From an uncultured Pelagibacteraceae bacterium (GTDB taxonomy: Bacteria; Pseudomonadota; Alphaproteobacteria; Pelagibacterales; Pelagibacteraceae), in the NCBI GenBank assembly GCA_902581925.1, contig CACHQB010000005.1, positions 6,996 to 70,995 of the forward strand: a DNA stretch of 64,000 bases, written 5' to 3'. Under the pieces are notes generated by a model. The model saw only the letters and a program-made list of their open reading frames with translations, was not told where the DNA came from and ran no database searches. Shown here piece by piece: positions 30,626 through 40,181 of the stretch (position 1 is the first letter of the stretch; every line of letters starts with the position of its first letter). The position numbers and the translations under genes are program-made.

Positions 30626-31777
30626 ATGAATATCAATGACTGTTATAATTTTGAAGATTTTAGAAAATTAGCTAAAAAAAAATTACCAGCTCCTATTTTT
30701 CATTATATTGATGGCGGAGCAGATGATGAAGTTACTTTAAATAGAAATACAGATGCTTTTAATGATTGTGACTTAGTCCCAAATATTCTTAATAGTGTTG
30801 GTGAGCCAGATATATCAACTACTGTTTTTGGTAGAAAAATTAGTATGCCATTATTTTTATCTCCTACGGCAATGCAAAGTTTATATGACCCTGAAGGAGA
30901 TAAAGCTTCTGCTAGAGCTGCAGAGAAGTTTGATACAATTTATAGCATGTCCACAATGGCATCTTTTTCAATTGAAGAGGTTGCAAATGTTTCTAGTGGT
31001 CCCAAACTTTTTCAACTTTATATTCACAAAGATAAATCAATTACTGATGATTTAATTGAAAGATGCAGTAGAGCTAATTTTGATGGAATGTGTATTACTG
31101 TTGATACACTTGTTGCTGGAAACCGAGAAAGAGATCACAGAACAGGATTTACTACACCGCCTAAATTTACTTTGGATAGTTTATTGAGTTTTGCAATGAG
31201 ACCTGGATGGGTTTTCAAATACTTTACTAATAAAAAATTTGAATTAGCAAACATTAAAAATAAAACAGATAAAGGCACCAATATTGCAAAATCAGTTATG
31301 GATTATATTAATGAACAATATGATCCAGCAATGAATTGGAAAGATGCAGAATATTGTATAAAAAAATGGAATAAGCCTATGGCCCTAAAAGGTGTAATGT
31401 CAGTAGAAGATGCCAAAAGAGCAATAGATATTGGTTGTACAGCAATCATGATTTCAAATCATGGAGGAAGACAACTTGATGGATCAAGATCTCCATTTGA
31501 TCAAGTTAAAGCAATTTCAGATGCTGTTGGTGATAAATTAGAAATTATTCTTGATGGTGGTGTAAGAAGAGGAACACATGTTCTTAAAGCTTTAGCCGCA
31601 GGAGCAACTGCATGTAGTTTTGGAAAAGCATTTCTTTTTAGCTTAGGTGCTGGTGGACAAAAAGGTGTTGAAAGACTTTTAGAAAATATGCAAAAAGAAA
31701 TTAGAAGAAATATGATTTTAATGGGCTGTAAGTCTGTTAAAGACCTTGATGCGTCAAAAATAATATATAGAGACTAA
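30626..31777 (+). CDS. FMN-dependent alpha-hydroxy acid oxidase/dehydrogenase (LldD-like)
   Basis: YIDGGADDE, FQLY, TVDT, SNHGGRQLDG, DGGVRRGTHVLKA. Confidence 0.93.
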   Translation: MNINDCYNFEDFRKLAKKKLPAPIFHYIDGGADDEVTLNRNTDAFNDCDLVPNILNSVGEPDISTTVFGRKISMPLFLSPTAMQSLYDPEGDKASARAAEKFDTIYSMSTMASFSIEEVANVSSGPKLFQLYIHKDKSITDDLIERCSRANFDGMCITVDTLVAGNRERDHRTGFTTPPKFTLDSLLSFAMRPGWVFKYFTNKKFELANIKNKTDKGTNIAKSVMDYINEQYDPAMNWKDAEYCIKKWNKPMALKGVMSVEDAKRAIDIGCTAIMISNHGGRQLDGSRSPFDQVKAISDAVGDKLEIILDGGVRRGTHVLKALAAGATACSFGKAFLFSLGAGGQKGVERLLENMQKEIRRNMILMGCKSVKDLDASKIIYRD

Positions 31778-31880
31778 AATATAAGAATTTTAAGCATTTA
31801 TTTGATAAATTAAAATTTTAAACTAAATAGACAAAAAACTAATTTTCGTTTAGTTTGTCGATTTTAATTTTTAAAATGTT

Positions 31881-33044
31881 ATGGAACTTGCAAAATCATT
31901 AAATAGGCTTGGAACTGAAAGTGCTTTCTCAGTTTTAGCTGAAGCGAAAAAGCTTGAAGCTCAAGGTAAACCTATGATCCACTTAGGTCTAGGTCAACCT
32001 GATTTCAAAACTCCAAAGCATGTTGTTGAAGCAGCAAAAAAAGCATTAGATGATGGCCATCACGGATATGTTCTTTCAAATGGTATTTTAGAATGTAGAC
32101 AAGCAGTAACTAGATGGATTAAAAAGCGTTACAGTGCGGAAGTAGATCCTGAAAGAATTATAATTATGCCAGGTGGAAAACCAACAATGCATTATGCAAT
32201 ACAGTGTTTTGGTGAACCAGGAGCAGAGATAATTCATCCTACTCCAGCCTTCCCTATTTATGAGTCTATGATTAATTATACAGGCTCTACCGCAGTGCCT
32301 TACGATTTAACTGAAGATAAAGATTTAAAGTTTAGTGCAAATAAAATTTTATCTTTAATCACTGATAAAACCAGATTGTTGATTTTAATAAATCCAAATA
32401 ATCCTACTGGAAGTTTTGTAGAAAAATCAGAAATAGATAAATTGGCTGAGGGTTTAAAGAAACATCCTCATGTTACTATTTTAAGTGATGAAATTTATAG
32501 TAGACAAATTTTCGATGATAAGGAAATGCCAACATTCTTTAATTATCCTGAATTAAGAGAAAGATTAATTGTCTTAGAGGGGTGGAGCAAAGCTTATTCT
32601 ATGACTGGTTGGAGACTTGGATGGAGTTTTTGGCCAGAAAATTTAGTTGAGCATGTAAATAAATTATTAATTAATAGTGTCTCATGTGTAAATGCTGCTG
32701 CTCAATTTGCAGGTATCGCAGCTTTAGACGGACCTGATGACTCAATTGATGAAATGATGGAAAAATTTACTTTAAGAAGAAAATTAATTCACGAAGGTTT
32801 AAATAGTTTGCCTGGTGTAGAATGCAGTTTACCTGGTGGAGCGTTTTATGCGTTCCCTAAAGTTATTGGAACTGGAATGGACGGCAGTGAATTTTGTAAA
32901 AGAGCTATGCATGAGGCGGGTGTTGCTATAGTTCCTGGTACAGCTTTTGGAAAAACTTGCAAAGATTATGTCAGATTTAGCTTTGCAGCCTCTAGAGATA
33001 ACATTTCTAACGCATTGGAAAATATCAAAAAAATGTTAGGCTAA
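31881..33044 (+). CDS. Class I/II PLP-dependent aminotransferase (AspC-like)
   Basis: GQPDF, NPNNPTG, SDEIY, GWSKAYSMTGWRLG, PGGAFYAFP. Confidence 0.93.
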   Translation: MELAKSLNRLGTESAFSVLAEAKKLEAQGKPMIHLGLGQPDFKTPKHVVEAAKKALDDGHHGYVLSNGILECRQAVTRWIKKRYSAEVDPERIIIMPGGKPTMHYAIQCFGEPGAEIIHPTPAFPIYESMINYTGSTAVPYDLTEDKDLKFSANKILSLITDKTRLLILINPNNPTGSFVEKSEIDKLAEGLKKHPHVTILSDEIYSRQIFDDKEMPTFFNYPELRERLIVLEGWSKAYSMTGWRLGWSFWPENLVEHVNKLLINSVSCVNAAAQFAGIAALDGPDDSIDEMMEKFTLRRKLIHEGLNSLPGVECSLPGGAFYAFPKVIGTGMDGSEFCKRAMHEAGVAIVPGTAFGKTCKDYVRFSFAASRDNISNALENIKKMLG

Positions 33045-33047
33045 GCT

Positions 33048-34544
33048 ATGTCTGAAATAGCTTTACCAAAAATTGATAGTTCTATTTTAAATAGAAAAAG
33101 TGAAATAGTGAAAAAACTTACAAAGTTAACTAATATAGAAAATGTATTGAGTGAGGCTGATGAATTAAGACCATATGAAACTGACGCTTTATCAGTTTAT
33201 ACGCAAACACCATTAGCCGTAGTACTTCCAGAAAACACAGAAGAAGTAAGTGAGATATTAAAATTTTGTCATAGTGAAAATATTAAAGTTGTACCAAGAG
33301 GCGCAGGCACAGGATTGTCTGGCGGAGCATTACCTCTTCAAGATGCTATTCTTCTTGGTTTAGGAAAATTTAATAAAATATTAGAAATTGATTACGAAAA
33401 TAAATGTGTTGTGACTCAGCCAGGAGTTACAAATCTAGGCATTACTCATGCAGTTCAACACAAAGGATTTTATTATGCGCCAGACCCTTCGAGCCAGTTA
33501 GCATGTTCTATAGGTGGAAATGTTGCTGAAAATTCTGGTGGGGTTCACTCATTAAAGTATGGAACGACTACAAACAATATTTTAGGTGTACAAATGGTAA
33601 TGATGGATGGAACTATTTGTAGATTTGGAGGCAAATCATTTGATCAAGAGGGATATGATCTTATGGGTTTAATTTGTGGTTCAGAGGGTTTATTGGGGGT
33701 TGTCACTGAAGTTACAGTTAAAATTTTAAGAACACCTGAAGTAGTAAGAGCGGCTTTAATAGGTTTTCCATCTATTAAAGAAGGTGGAGATGCAGCCTCA
33801 GAAATTATTTCAAGTGGAATAGTTCCAGCAGGAATGGAAATAATGGATAAGGCTTTAATTGAGGCAACAGATAATTTTAGTAAAGCGGGATATCCACGAG
33901 ACGCAGAATTATTATTAATAGTGGAACTTGATGGTACAGAGTCAGAGGTTAATGAGTTAATTAAAAAGGTAGAAGCAATATGTAAAAAAAATAATTGCTC
34001 TAGTCTTAAACTTAGCAATAGTGAAAAAGAAAGACTTTCATTCTGGGCTGGAAGAAAAGCAGCTTTTCCAGCGTGTGGAGCTATGGCACCTGATTACTAC
34101 TGTATGGATGGTTCTATTCCCAGAGGCAAGCTTGCCGAAGCATTATTAGAAATAAAAAAATTATCTGAAAAATATGAACTACCAGTGGCAAATTGTTTTC
34201 ACGCAGGTGATGGAAATTTACATCCACTTATTATGTTTGATGGAAATGATAAAGAACAACTTAGAAAAACTGAAGAGTTTGGTTCAGAAATATTAAAAAC
34301 ATGTGTGAGACTTGGTGGAGTAATTACAGGAGAGCATGGTGTTGGTATAGAAAAGCGAGAACTTATGTGTGAAATGTTTAATGATAACGATATTCAACAA
34401 CAATTGAGTATAAAAAAGTCATTAGATGAAAAAAATTTATTAAATCCTGGAAAAGTTTATCCTATACTTAGAAAATGTGCAGAGGAAGGAAGGGTTCATG
34501 TCCACAAAAATAAAGATAAATTCCCAGATCTTCCAAGATTCTAA
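33048..34544 (+). CDS. glcD: Glycolate oxidase subunit GlcD
   Basis: PRGAGTGLSGGA, YAPDPSSQ, GGNVAENSGG, FHAGDGNLHP, GEHGVG. Confidence 0.93.
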   Translation: MSEIALPKIDSSILNRKSEIVKKLTKLTNIENVLSEADELRPYETDALSVYTQTPLAVVLPENTEEVSEILKFCHSENIKVVPRGAGTGLSGGALPLQDAILLGLGKFNKILEIDYENKCVVTQPGVTNLGITHAVQHKGFYYAPDPSSQLACSIGGNVAENSGGVHSLKYGTTTNNILGVQMVMMDGTICRFGGKSFDQEGYDLMGLICGSEGLLGVVTEVTVKILRTPEVVRAALIGFPSIKEGGDAASEIISSGIVPAGMEIMDKALIEATDNFSKAGYPRDAELLLIVELDGTESEVNELIKKVEAICKKNNCSSLKLSNSEKERLSFWAGRKAAFPACGAMAPDYYCMDGSIPRGKLAEALLEIKKLSEKYELPVANCFHAGDGNLHPLIMFDGNDKEQLRKTEEFGSEILKTCVRLGGVITGEHGVGIEKRELMCEMFNDNDIQQQLSIKKSLDEKNLLNPGKVYPILRKCAEEGRVHVHKNKDKFPDLPRF

Positions 34545-35778
34545 TAACGTCTATTATCCCAAAGATGAGACAGAAGTTTCAGAATTAATTAGGGAACTAT
34601 ATAAACAAGATTCTCCAACAGAAATTATCGGTAACAATTCAAAAAGTTTTATTGGAAATAAAACGCAGTCAGCTAATACTACGTCTTTATCTAAAATCTC
34701 AGGTATTATCGATTATAGACCTGAAGAATTGTATATTAAAGTTAAAGCCTGTACACCAATCAATGAAATCGAGCAGGTCTTAAGCGAAAATAATCAAGAG
34801 TTAGCTTTTGAACCAATAGACTTTGGGTATATTAAAGAAGGTAAGTCAAATAAAGGGACAATAGCAGGATACTTATCTTGCAATTATGCAGGTTCAAGAA
34901 GATTTAAAGTTGGTAGTGTTAGAGATCATGTCCTAGGTTTTAAGGGAGTTAATGGAAAAGGAGATATAATTAAATCAGGAGGTACTGTTGTAAAAAATGT
35001 TACAGGTTATGATTTATCAAAACTAATAGCAGGCTCATTTGGTACTCTTGTTGCTTTAACCGAAATTACGTTAAAGGTGTTACCTAAGAAAGATTCTTCT
35101 AAAACTGTAATAATTTATCCCAGTAATTTCGAACAAATTTATGATTTTTTTAATAAACTATCTAGCTCAAGTAGCGAAATTTCTGGCGCTGTTTTTATTC
35201 CTGAACAATCAAAGGTTAAAGATTTTGTTACTAAAAAAAATTCTGTTTTTAAGTTTAATGATCTTAAATCAAATGTTTCATTTGTAGCATTTAGAGTCGA
35301 AGGGGACAAAATTTCAATTGAAGAAAAAATTAACAATTTAAAAAAAGAACTTGAATTAAATAATTCAGATATTTCTACTCTTGATGTTTATCAATCAGAA
35401 CCATTTTGGAAAAAAGTAAATAATTTAGAGGTTTTTGAAAAGACTGAACATAATTTAATACGAATGGTGATACCACCTGCAAATGGTTCAAAATTATGTA
35501 AACATTTAGAAAACAACCATAACTATTTTGTTGATTGGTGTGGGTCGTTATTCTGGATTGAAGTTAATAGTAAAAAAGAAGAAAAGATTAAAGATTTAAA
35601 AAAAATGGCAAAAGATTTTGGAGGTTATTTGACAGTAATTAAAACTTCATCAGAATATGATTACGGAGAGGCTATTTTTACTGTTGATAAAGTACGTTTA
35701 ATCATTTCTGAAAAAGTAAAACAAAGTTTTGATCCTAAAAGAATTTTAAACCCAGGAAAAATGTATAGAGGAGTTTAA
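34498..35778 (+). CDS. glcE: Glycolate oxidase FAD-binding subunit GlcE
   Basis: GSVRDHVLG, SGGTVVKNVTGYDLSKL, FDPKRILNPG. ATG 34498 follows a purine-rich SD (GAGGAAGGAAGG). Confidence 0.9.
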   Translation: MSTKIKINSQIFQDSNNVYYPKDETEVSELIRELYKQDSPTEIIGNNSKSFIGNKTQSANTTSLSKISGIIDYRPEELYIKVKACTPINEIEQVLSENNQELAFEPIDFGYIKEGKSNKGTIAGYLSCNYAGSRRFKVGSVRDHVLGFKGVNGKGDIIKSGGTVVKNVTGYDLSKLIAGSFGTLVALTEITLKVLPKKDSSKTVIIYPSNFEQIYDFFNKLSSSSSEISGAVFIPEQSKVKDFVTKKNSVFKFNDLKSNVSFVAFRVEGDKISIEEKINNLKKELELNNSDISTLDVYQSEPFWKKVNNLEVFEKTEHNLIRMVIPPANGSKLCKHLENNHNYFVDWCGSLFWIEVNSKKEEKIKDLKKMAKDFGGYLTVIKTSSEYDYGEAIFTVDKVRLIISEKVKQSFDPKRILNPGKMYRGV

Positions 35779-37067
35779 TGCAAACAAAATTTACAGAAGA
35801 ACAACTTAGAGATCCTGACAATTTTGCAAACGAAAAAGTTTTTAAAAAGTGTGTGCATTGTGGAATGTGTAATGCCACATGCCCTACGCATCAACTTCTA
35901 GGTGACGAGTTAGATGGTCCCAGAGGACGTATTTATCTAATTAAAGATATGTTGGAAAATAATAGGAAACCAACTGAAAAGGTTGTAAAGCATATCGATC
36001 GATGTCTATCATGTTACAGTTGTATGACTACCTGTCCTGCTGGAGTAAATTACATGCATATAATTGATCATGGAAAAAAATATATTGAAAAAAATTATCA
36101 AAGATCTCTCTTTGATAAGCTAATAAGGTATTTTTTATCTATTACTCTTCCAAATACAAAAGTTTTTAGATTATCAAGTTTATTAGTAAAATTATCTAAG
36201 CCATTCAAATTCTTAATGCCATCAAAAATTAAGGACATGATTGAGTTAATGCCTACAAATTTTCCTAAAAAAAGTTTACCAATTAAAGAAGTTTATAAAT
36301 CTTCTTCTAAAAAAAGAATTGCTAGAGTTGCCCTTTTAACAGGATGTGTACAAAAAGAGATATCTCCTCAAATTAATGAAGCTACAATAAGGTTATTAAA
36401 TAGACACGGTGTAGAAGTAATTGTTCCAAAAAAAATTCGCTGTTGTGGATCTTTAAATCATCACCTTGGAAAAGAGGAGGATGCGCATCAAGATTTTAAA
36501 AATAATATAAACACTTGGTATGAGGAGCATCAAAAAGGAAATTTGGATGCAATTTTATCAAATACGTCTGGTTGTGGAACAACCATGAAAGATTATGGAT
36601 TTATTTTTCGTGAAAATAAAGAACTAAATAAAAAAGCCAAAGTAATATCAGAACTTACAAAAGATATATCAGAATATATATTTGAAAGTTTGAAACTTGA
36701 TATTAAAGATAAAGGAAAAAAATATAAAGTAGCATATCACTCTGCATGTTCAATGCAGCATGGTCAAAAGGTTCATTCGCAGCCAGTTTCATTACTTGAG
36801 AAAACTAATAATGAAATTATGGAAATTCCAGAAGGCCATATATGCTGTGGATCAGCTGGTACTTACAACATTTTACAATCAAAAATTGCAAAACAATTAT
36901 TAAAGAAAAAAGTAAATAATATTGAAAGTTTAAATCCAGATTTTATCTCTACAGGAAATATTGGTTGTATTACCCAAATCGCTCATGGTACTAAAGTTCC
37001 AATATTGCATACAATTGAAGTTTTAGATTGGTACACTGGAGGACCAAAACCTGAAATTTTAAAATAA
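35778..37067 (+). CDS. glcF: Glycolate oxidase iron-sulfur subunit GlcF
   Basis: MQTKFT, CVHCGMCNATCP, CLSCYSCMTTCP, two CCG motifs. Confidence 0.94.
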   Translation: MQTKFTEEQLRDPDNFANEKVFKKCVHCGMCNATCPTHQLLGDELDGPRGRIYLIKDMLENNRKPTEKVVKHIDRCLSCYSCMTTCPAGVNYMHIIDHGKKYIEKNYQRSLFDKLIRYFLSITLPNTKVFRLSSLLVKLSKPFKFLMPSKIKDMIELMPTNFPKKSLPIKEVYKSSSKKRIARVALLTGCVQKEISPQINEATIRLLNRHGVEVIVPKKIRCCGSLNHHLGKEEDAHQDFKNNINTWYEEHQKGNLDAILSNTSGCGTTMKDYGFIFRENKELNKKAKVISELTKDISEYIFESLKLDIKDKGKKYKVAYHSACSMQHGQKVHSQPVSLLEKTNNEIMEIPEGHICCGSAGTYNILQSKIAKQLLKKKVNNIESLNPDFISTGNIGCITQIAHGTKVPILHTIEVLDWYTGGPKPEILK

Positions 37068-37072
37068 AAATT

Positions 37073-38026
37073 ATGAAAAAGGTTTTAATTACAAGACGTT
37101 TAATAAGAGAAAGTGAAGATAAAGCATCTAAATTATTTGATGCTAAATTTAATACTAATGATGAACTTTATTCACAAAAAAAAATTATTGAAATGAGTGA
37201 AGGATTTGATGGCATATTATCATCACTAACTGAAAAATTAGATGCAGAAACAATTAATCAATTACCAGATTCTGTAAAAATTATTTCTAATTTTGCAGTT
37301 GGATTTGGAAATATTGATTTAGAAGCAGCAAAGAATAGAGGTATAGCGGTAACTAATACACCAGAAGTCTTATCTGATGCTACAGCAGAGATTGGAATTT
37401 TATTAATTCTAGGAGCATGCAGAAGAGCTTCTGAAGGAATAGAGTCCGCTAAAGAAGGAGGATGGAAATGGTCTGCTGATTATTTAATTGGAAAACAATT
37501 GACGGGAACGAGATTGGGAATTTTAGGTATGGGTCGTATTGGACAAAAAATTGCAAAAATTGCAAAATCTTTGGGTATGGTTATTCATTATCATAATCGT
37601 TCAAAATTAAGTGAAGATAAAGAGCAAGGCGCAAAATATCATGACAGCATAAAAAGTCTTTTTTCAGTCTCAGATGTTTTATCAATTTGTTGTCCAGCAA
37701 CTAAAGAAACAGAGAACTTAATTAATAAAGAGACTGTTGAGTATTTTCCAAAAGGTGCAGTCATAACTAATGTTGCTAGAGGTGATATAGTTGATGATGA
37801 AGCTTTAATTGATGCTTTGAATAGAAGAAAAATTTATGCTGCAGGATTAGATGTTTATAAAAATGAACCAAATTTAAATCCTGGCTATTTAAAAATTCCA
37901 AGTGCTTTCGTTTTACCTCATCTTGGGAGTGCTACAAAAGATACAAGAATTGCAATGGGAAATTTAGCGATAGATAATCTCGATGAGTTTTTTAGAACTG
38001 GAAACTGTATTAATAAAGTAAATTAA
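37073..38026 (+). CDS. D-2-hydroxyacid dehydrogenase (glyoxylate/hydroxypyruvate reductase-like)
   Basis: VTNTPEVL, GILGMGRIG, NVARGDIVD, AGLDVYKNEP, PHLGSAT. Confidence 0.9.
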   Translation: MKKVLITRRLIRESEDKASKLFDAKFNTNDELYSQKKIIEMSEGFDGILSSLTEKLDAETINQLPDSVKIISNFAVGFGNIDLEAAKNRGIAVTNTPEVLSDATAEIGILLILGACRRASEGIESAKEGGWKWSADYLIGKQLTGTRLGILGMGRIGQKIAKIAKSLGMVIHYHNRSKLSEDKEQGAKYHDSIKSLFSVSDVLSICCPATKETENLINKETVEYFPKGAVITNVARGDIVDDEALIDALNRRKIYAAGLDVYKNEPNLNPGYLKIPSAFVLPHLGSATKDTRIAMGNLAIDNLDEFFRTGNCINKVN

Positions 38027-38027
38027 A

Positions 38028-38942
38028 ATGTCTCAATCGATAGCTTTCATTGGCGTTGGTAACATGGGTTGTCCAATGGCTGAAAATTTAATGAAGGCGG
38101 GTATATCTTTAAAAGTTTTCGACGTTTCAAAAAAAATGCTTGATGTTGCAAAAGATAAAAATCTTGAAACAGTATCGAACTTAGATGACTTAATCACAGC
38201 TGATGTTAAAACGGTTATAACTATGCTTCCAGAAGGTAAGCATTCTAAGGATGTTTATTTAGGAGAAAGTGGAATAATAAATAAAGTTTCAAAAGATTGT
38301 CTTTTAATCGATTGTTCAACAATTGATATTCAAACTTCTATTGAGATTGGGAAAAAAGCTTCGGAAATAGGAATAAAAATGATCGATGCGCCAGTTAGCG
38401 GTGGAGTAATGGGAGCCCAAAAAGCAACTTTAAATATAATGGTTGGTGGATCTAAAGAAGCATATGAAAAAGCACTTCCTTTATTAAAAATCATGGGAAA
38501 AAATATATTTCATGCAGGTGATTTAGGTAGCGGGAATGGTGCTAAGATCTGCAACAATATGGCCCTAGGCATTGCAATGATTGCTGCTTCAGAATCATTA
38601 ATGTTAGCAAAAAGATTAAATATGGATATTAAAAAAGTTCATGAAATTATGAAAAATGCATCAGGTAACAGTTGGCCAATTTCTGTTTATCCACCTTTAC
38701 CTGGTTTAATTGATGGCACGCCTTCAAATAATAATTATCGTCCAGGTTTCTCTGCAGGAATGATGAATAAAGATCTTAAACTTGCAAATGATTGTGCGAA
38801 AAGCGTAAATGCTGAAACACCATTAGGAAAAATGGCTCTAGAAATTTATAATCAATTTTGTAAAGAAGGAAATGATACTAAAGACTTTTCAGCAATTTCT
38901 AAAGTTATAGGTGGTAACGCTTGGGACTATCCAATTGACTAA
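38028..38942 (+). CDS. mmsB: 3-hydroxyisobutyrate dehydrogenase
   Basis: FIGVGNMG, DAPVSGG, AKICNNM, YPPLPG...PSNNNYRPGF. Confidence 0.85.
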   Translation: MSQSIAFIGVGNMGCPMAENLMKAGISLKVFDVSKKMLDVAKDKNLETVSNLDDLITADVKTVITMLPEGKHSKDVYLGESGIINKVSKDCLLIDCSTIDIQTSIEIGKKASEIGIKMIDAPVSGGVMGAQKATLNIMVGGSKEAYEKALPLLKIMGKNIFHAGDLGSGNGAKICNNMALGIAMIAASESLMLAKRLNMDIKKVHEIMKNASGNSWPISVYPPLPGLIDGTPSNNNYRPGFSAGMMNKDLKLANDCAKSVNAETPLGKMALEIYNQFCKEGNDTKDFSAISKVIGGNAWDYPID

Positions 38943-38948
38943 ATAAAT

Positions 38949-40037
38949 TTATTGTAAATGTTTATAAATTGTCGTTCTAGATACACCTAATTTTCTAGAA
39001 GTCGCAGAAATATTATTTGTTTCATCGAAAGTTGATCTTATTAAAGTACATTTCTCTCTTTTGATTTTTGTATCTTCACAATTTTTACACGTACTCCTTT
39101 TCCTTTCTTTTTTTGTTTCAACAAATTTGTTTTCTTTAAAAATTTGACTTTTGATCACAAAAACAGATGAGCCTAAATGATCAGTAATTTTTAATGTTTT
39201 ATTATTTAATAAATCTGATGCAATAGATGAAAATGAATTAGTAAAAATTTTATTAAAATTTTCGTTTTTCAGATCTACCAATCCATTAAGCATAATTTTA
39301 GCATTACTGTTTGCACCTACTATTAGACCATCTCCATTGACCGCCAACAAACCGACACTTGTTGTTGATAAATATTCTTGACGAGGATGAAAGGATAAAA
39401 TTAATTCATGCTCAAACTTTTTTAAAAATAATTTTGTTTCGATACTTCTAGTTGCAAGTTTCACTAAAGCCAGAGTGTGTTGTTCTCTTGACATATAGTC
39501 AGTTGAGGCATCTATAATTCCAATAGTTTTACCGTCATAATTGATTATTGGACTTGCAAAACAAGATATATTTTCATGTGCTATAAAAAAATGTTCTTTT
39601 CCTGAAACTATTGTTGGTTTTTTTAATTCAACAGACAACCCTAAACCATTTGTACCACAAACCTTCTCCGCCCATATAGATCCTGGTATAACAGTTTTAC
39701 CTACATCCGTTTGAAGACAAGTTTTGTCATAAATTGTATCAAGTACTAAACCATTCTCGTCTGAATACGCGACCATAAAATTAGTTCCAGCAATTTGTGA
39801 ATATAAAAGTTCTAATTCAGGAAGAACTATTTTTCTAAGAGCCTCATTTTTTTCTTTAATCTTTTTTAATTCAATTGAAGATACCACGCTTTGTTTTGGA
39901 TCCTGAAATGGATTAAGCCCCTCAGCAATACACCTCGACCAGCTATCAGAAATTTCTTTGCCCATTTCATAGGACATCATTCCTCTTTTTTTAAGAATAT
40001 TTTTAAATTCTTTGCTTGTTGAAGATAAATTTCCCAT
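38949..40037 (-). CDS. GAF-PAS-Fis HTH transcriptional regulator (AcoR-like, no AAA+ domain)
   Basis: ISDSWSRC, WAEKVCGTNGLG, CFASPI, GIIDAS; C-terminal NISATSRKLGVSRTTIYK. No Walker A or GAFTGA. Confidence 0.85.
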   Translation of the reverse strand: MGNLSSTSKEFKNILKKRGMMSYEMGKEISDSWSRCIAEGLNPFQDPKQSVVSSIELKKIKEKNEALRKIVLPELELLYSQIAGTNFMVAYSDENGLVLDTIYDKTCLQTDVGKTVIPGSIWAEKVCGTNGLGLSVELKKPTIVSGKEHFFIAHENISCFASPIINYDGKTIGIIDASTDYMSREQHTLALVKLATRSIETKLFLKKFEHELILSFHPRQEYLSTTSVGLLAVNGDGLIVGANSNAKIMLNGLVDLKNENFNKIFTNSFSSIASDLLNNKTLKITDHLGSSVFVIKSQIFKENKFVETKKERKRSTCKNCEDTKIKREKCTLIRSTFDETNNISATSRKLGVSRTTIYKHLQ

Positions 40038-40105
40038 TTTTAAAAGATAAATAAAAATAGACTATTCAACAACTAACCACAGGTTGTATTTGTTAACTAT
40101 TTGGA

Positions 40106-40149
40106 CACTTAAAAGTGGCATTGACTCCATTGCAATTCAATTTTTTAAT
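40106..40149 (+). promoter_or_regulatory. Putative sigma70 promoter of adh-ABC operon with adjacent palindrome
   Basis: TTGACT (40121-26), 17-nt spacer, TTTAAT (40144-49); CACTT-AA-AAGTG palindrome at 40106-40117. Confidence 0.5.
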
Positions 40150-40181
40150 AATGTTTTAGAAAATTAAAGAGGAGAGAAACG

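Noticed and set aside
34477-34544. glcD/glcE overlap as a frameshift or fusion signal
   Set aside because: glcE has its own SD and ATG at 34498, and both proteins look complete.
40116-40134. Functional sigma54 promoter TGGCA...TTGCA
   Set aside because: GG-to-GC spacing is 13 nt, not 10; retained only as a possible relic.
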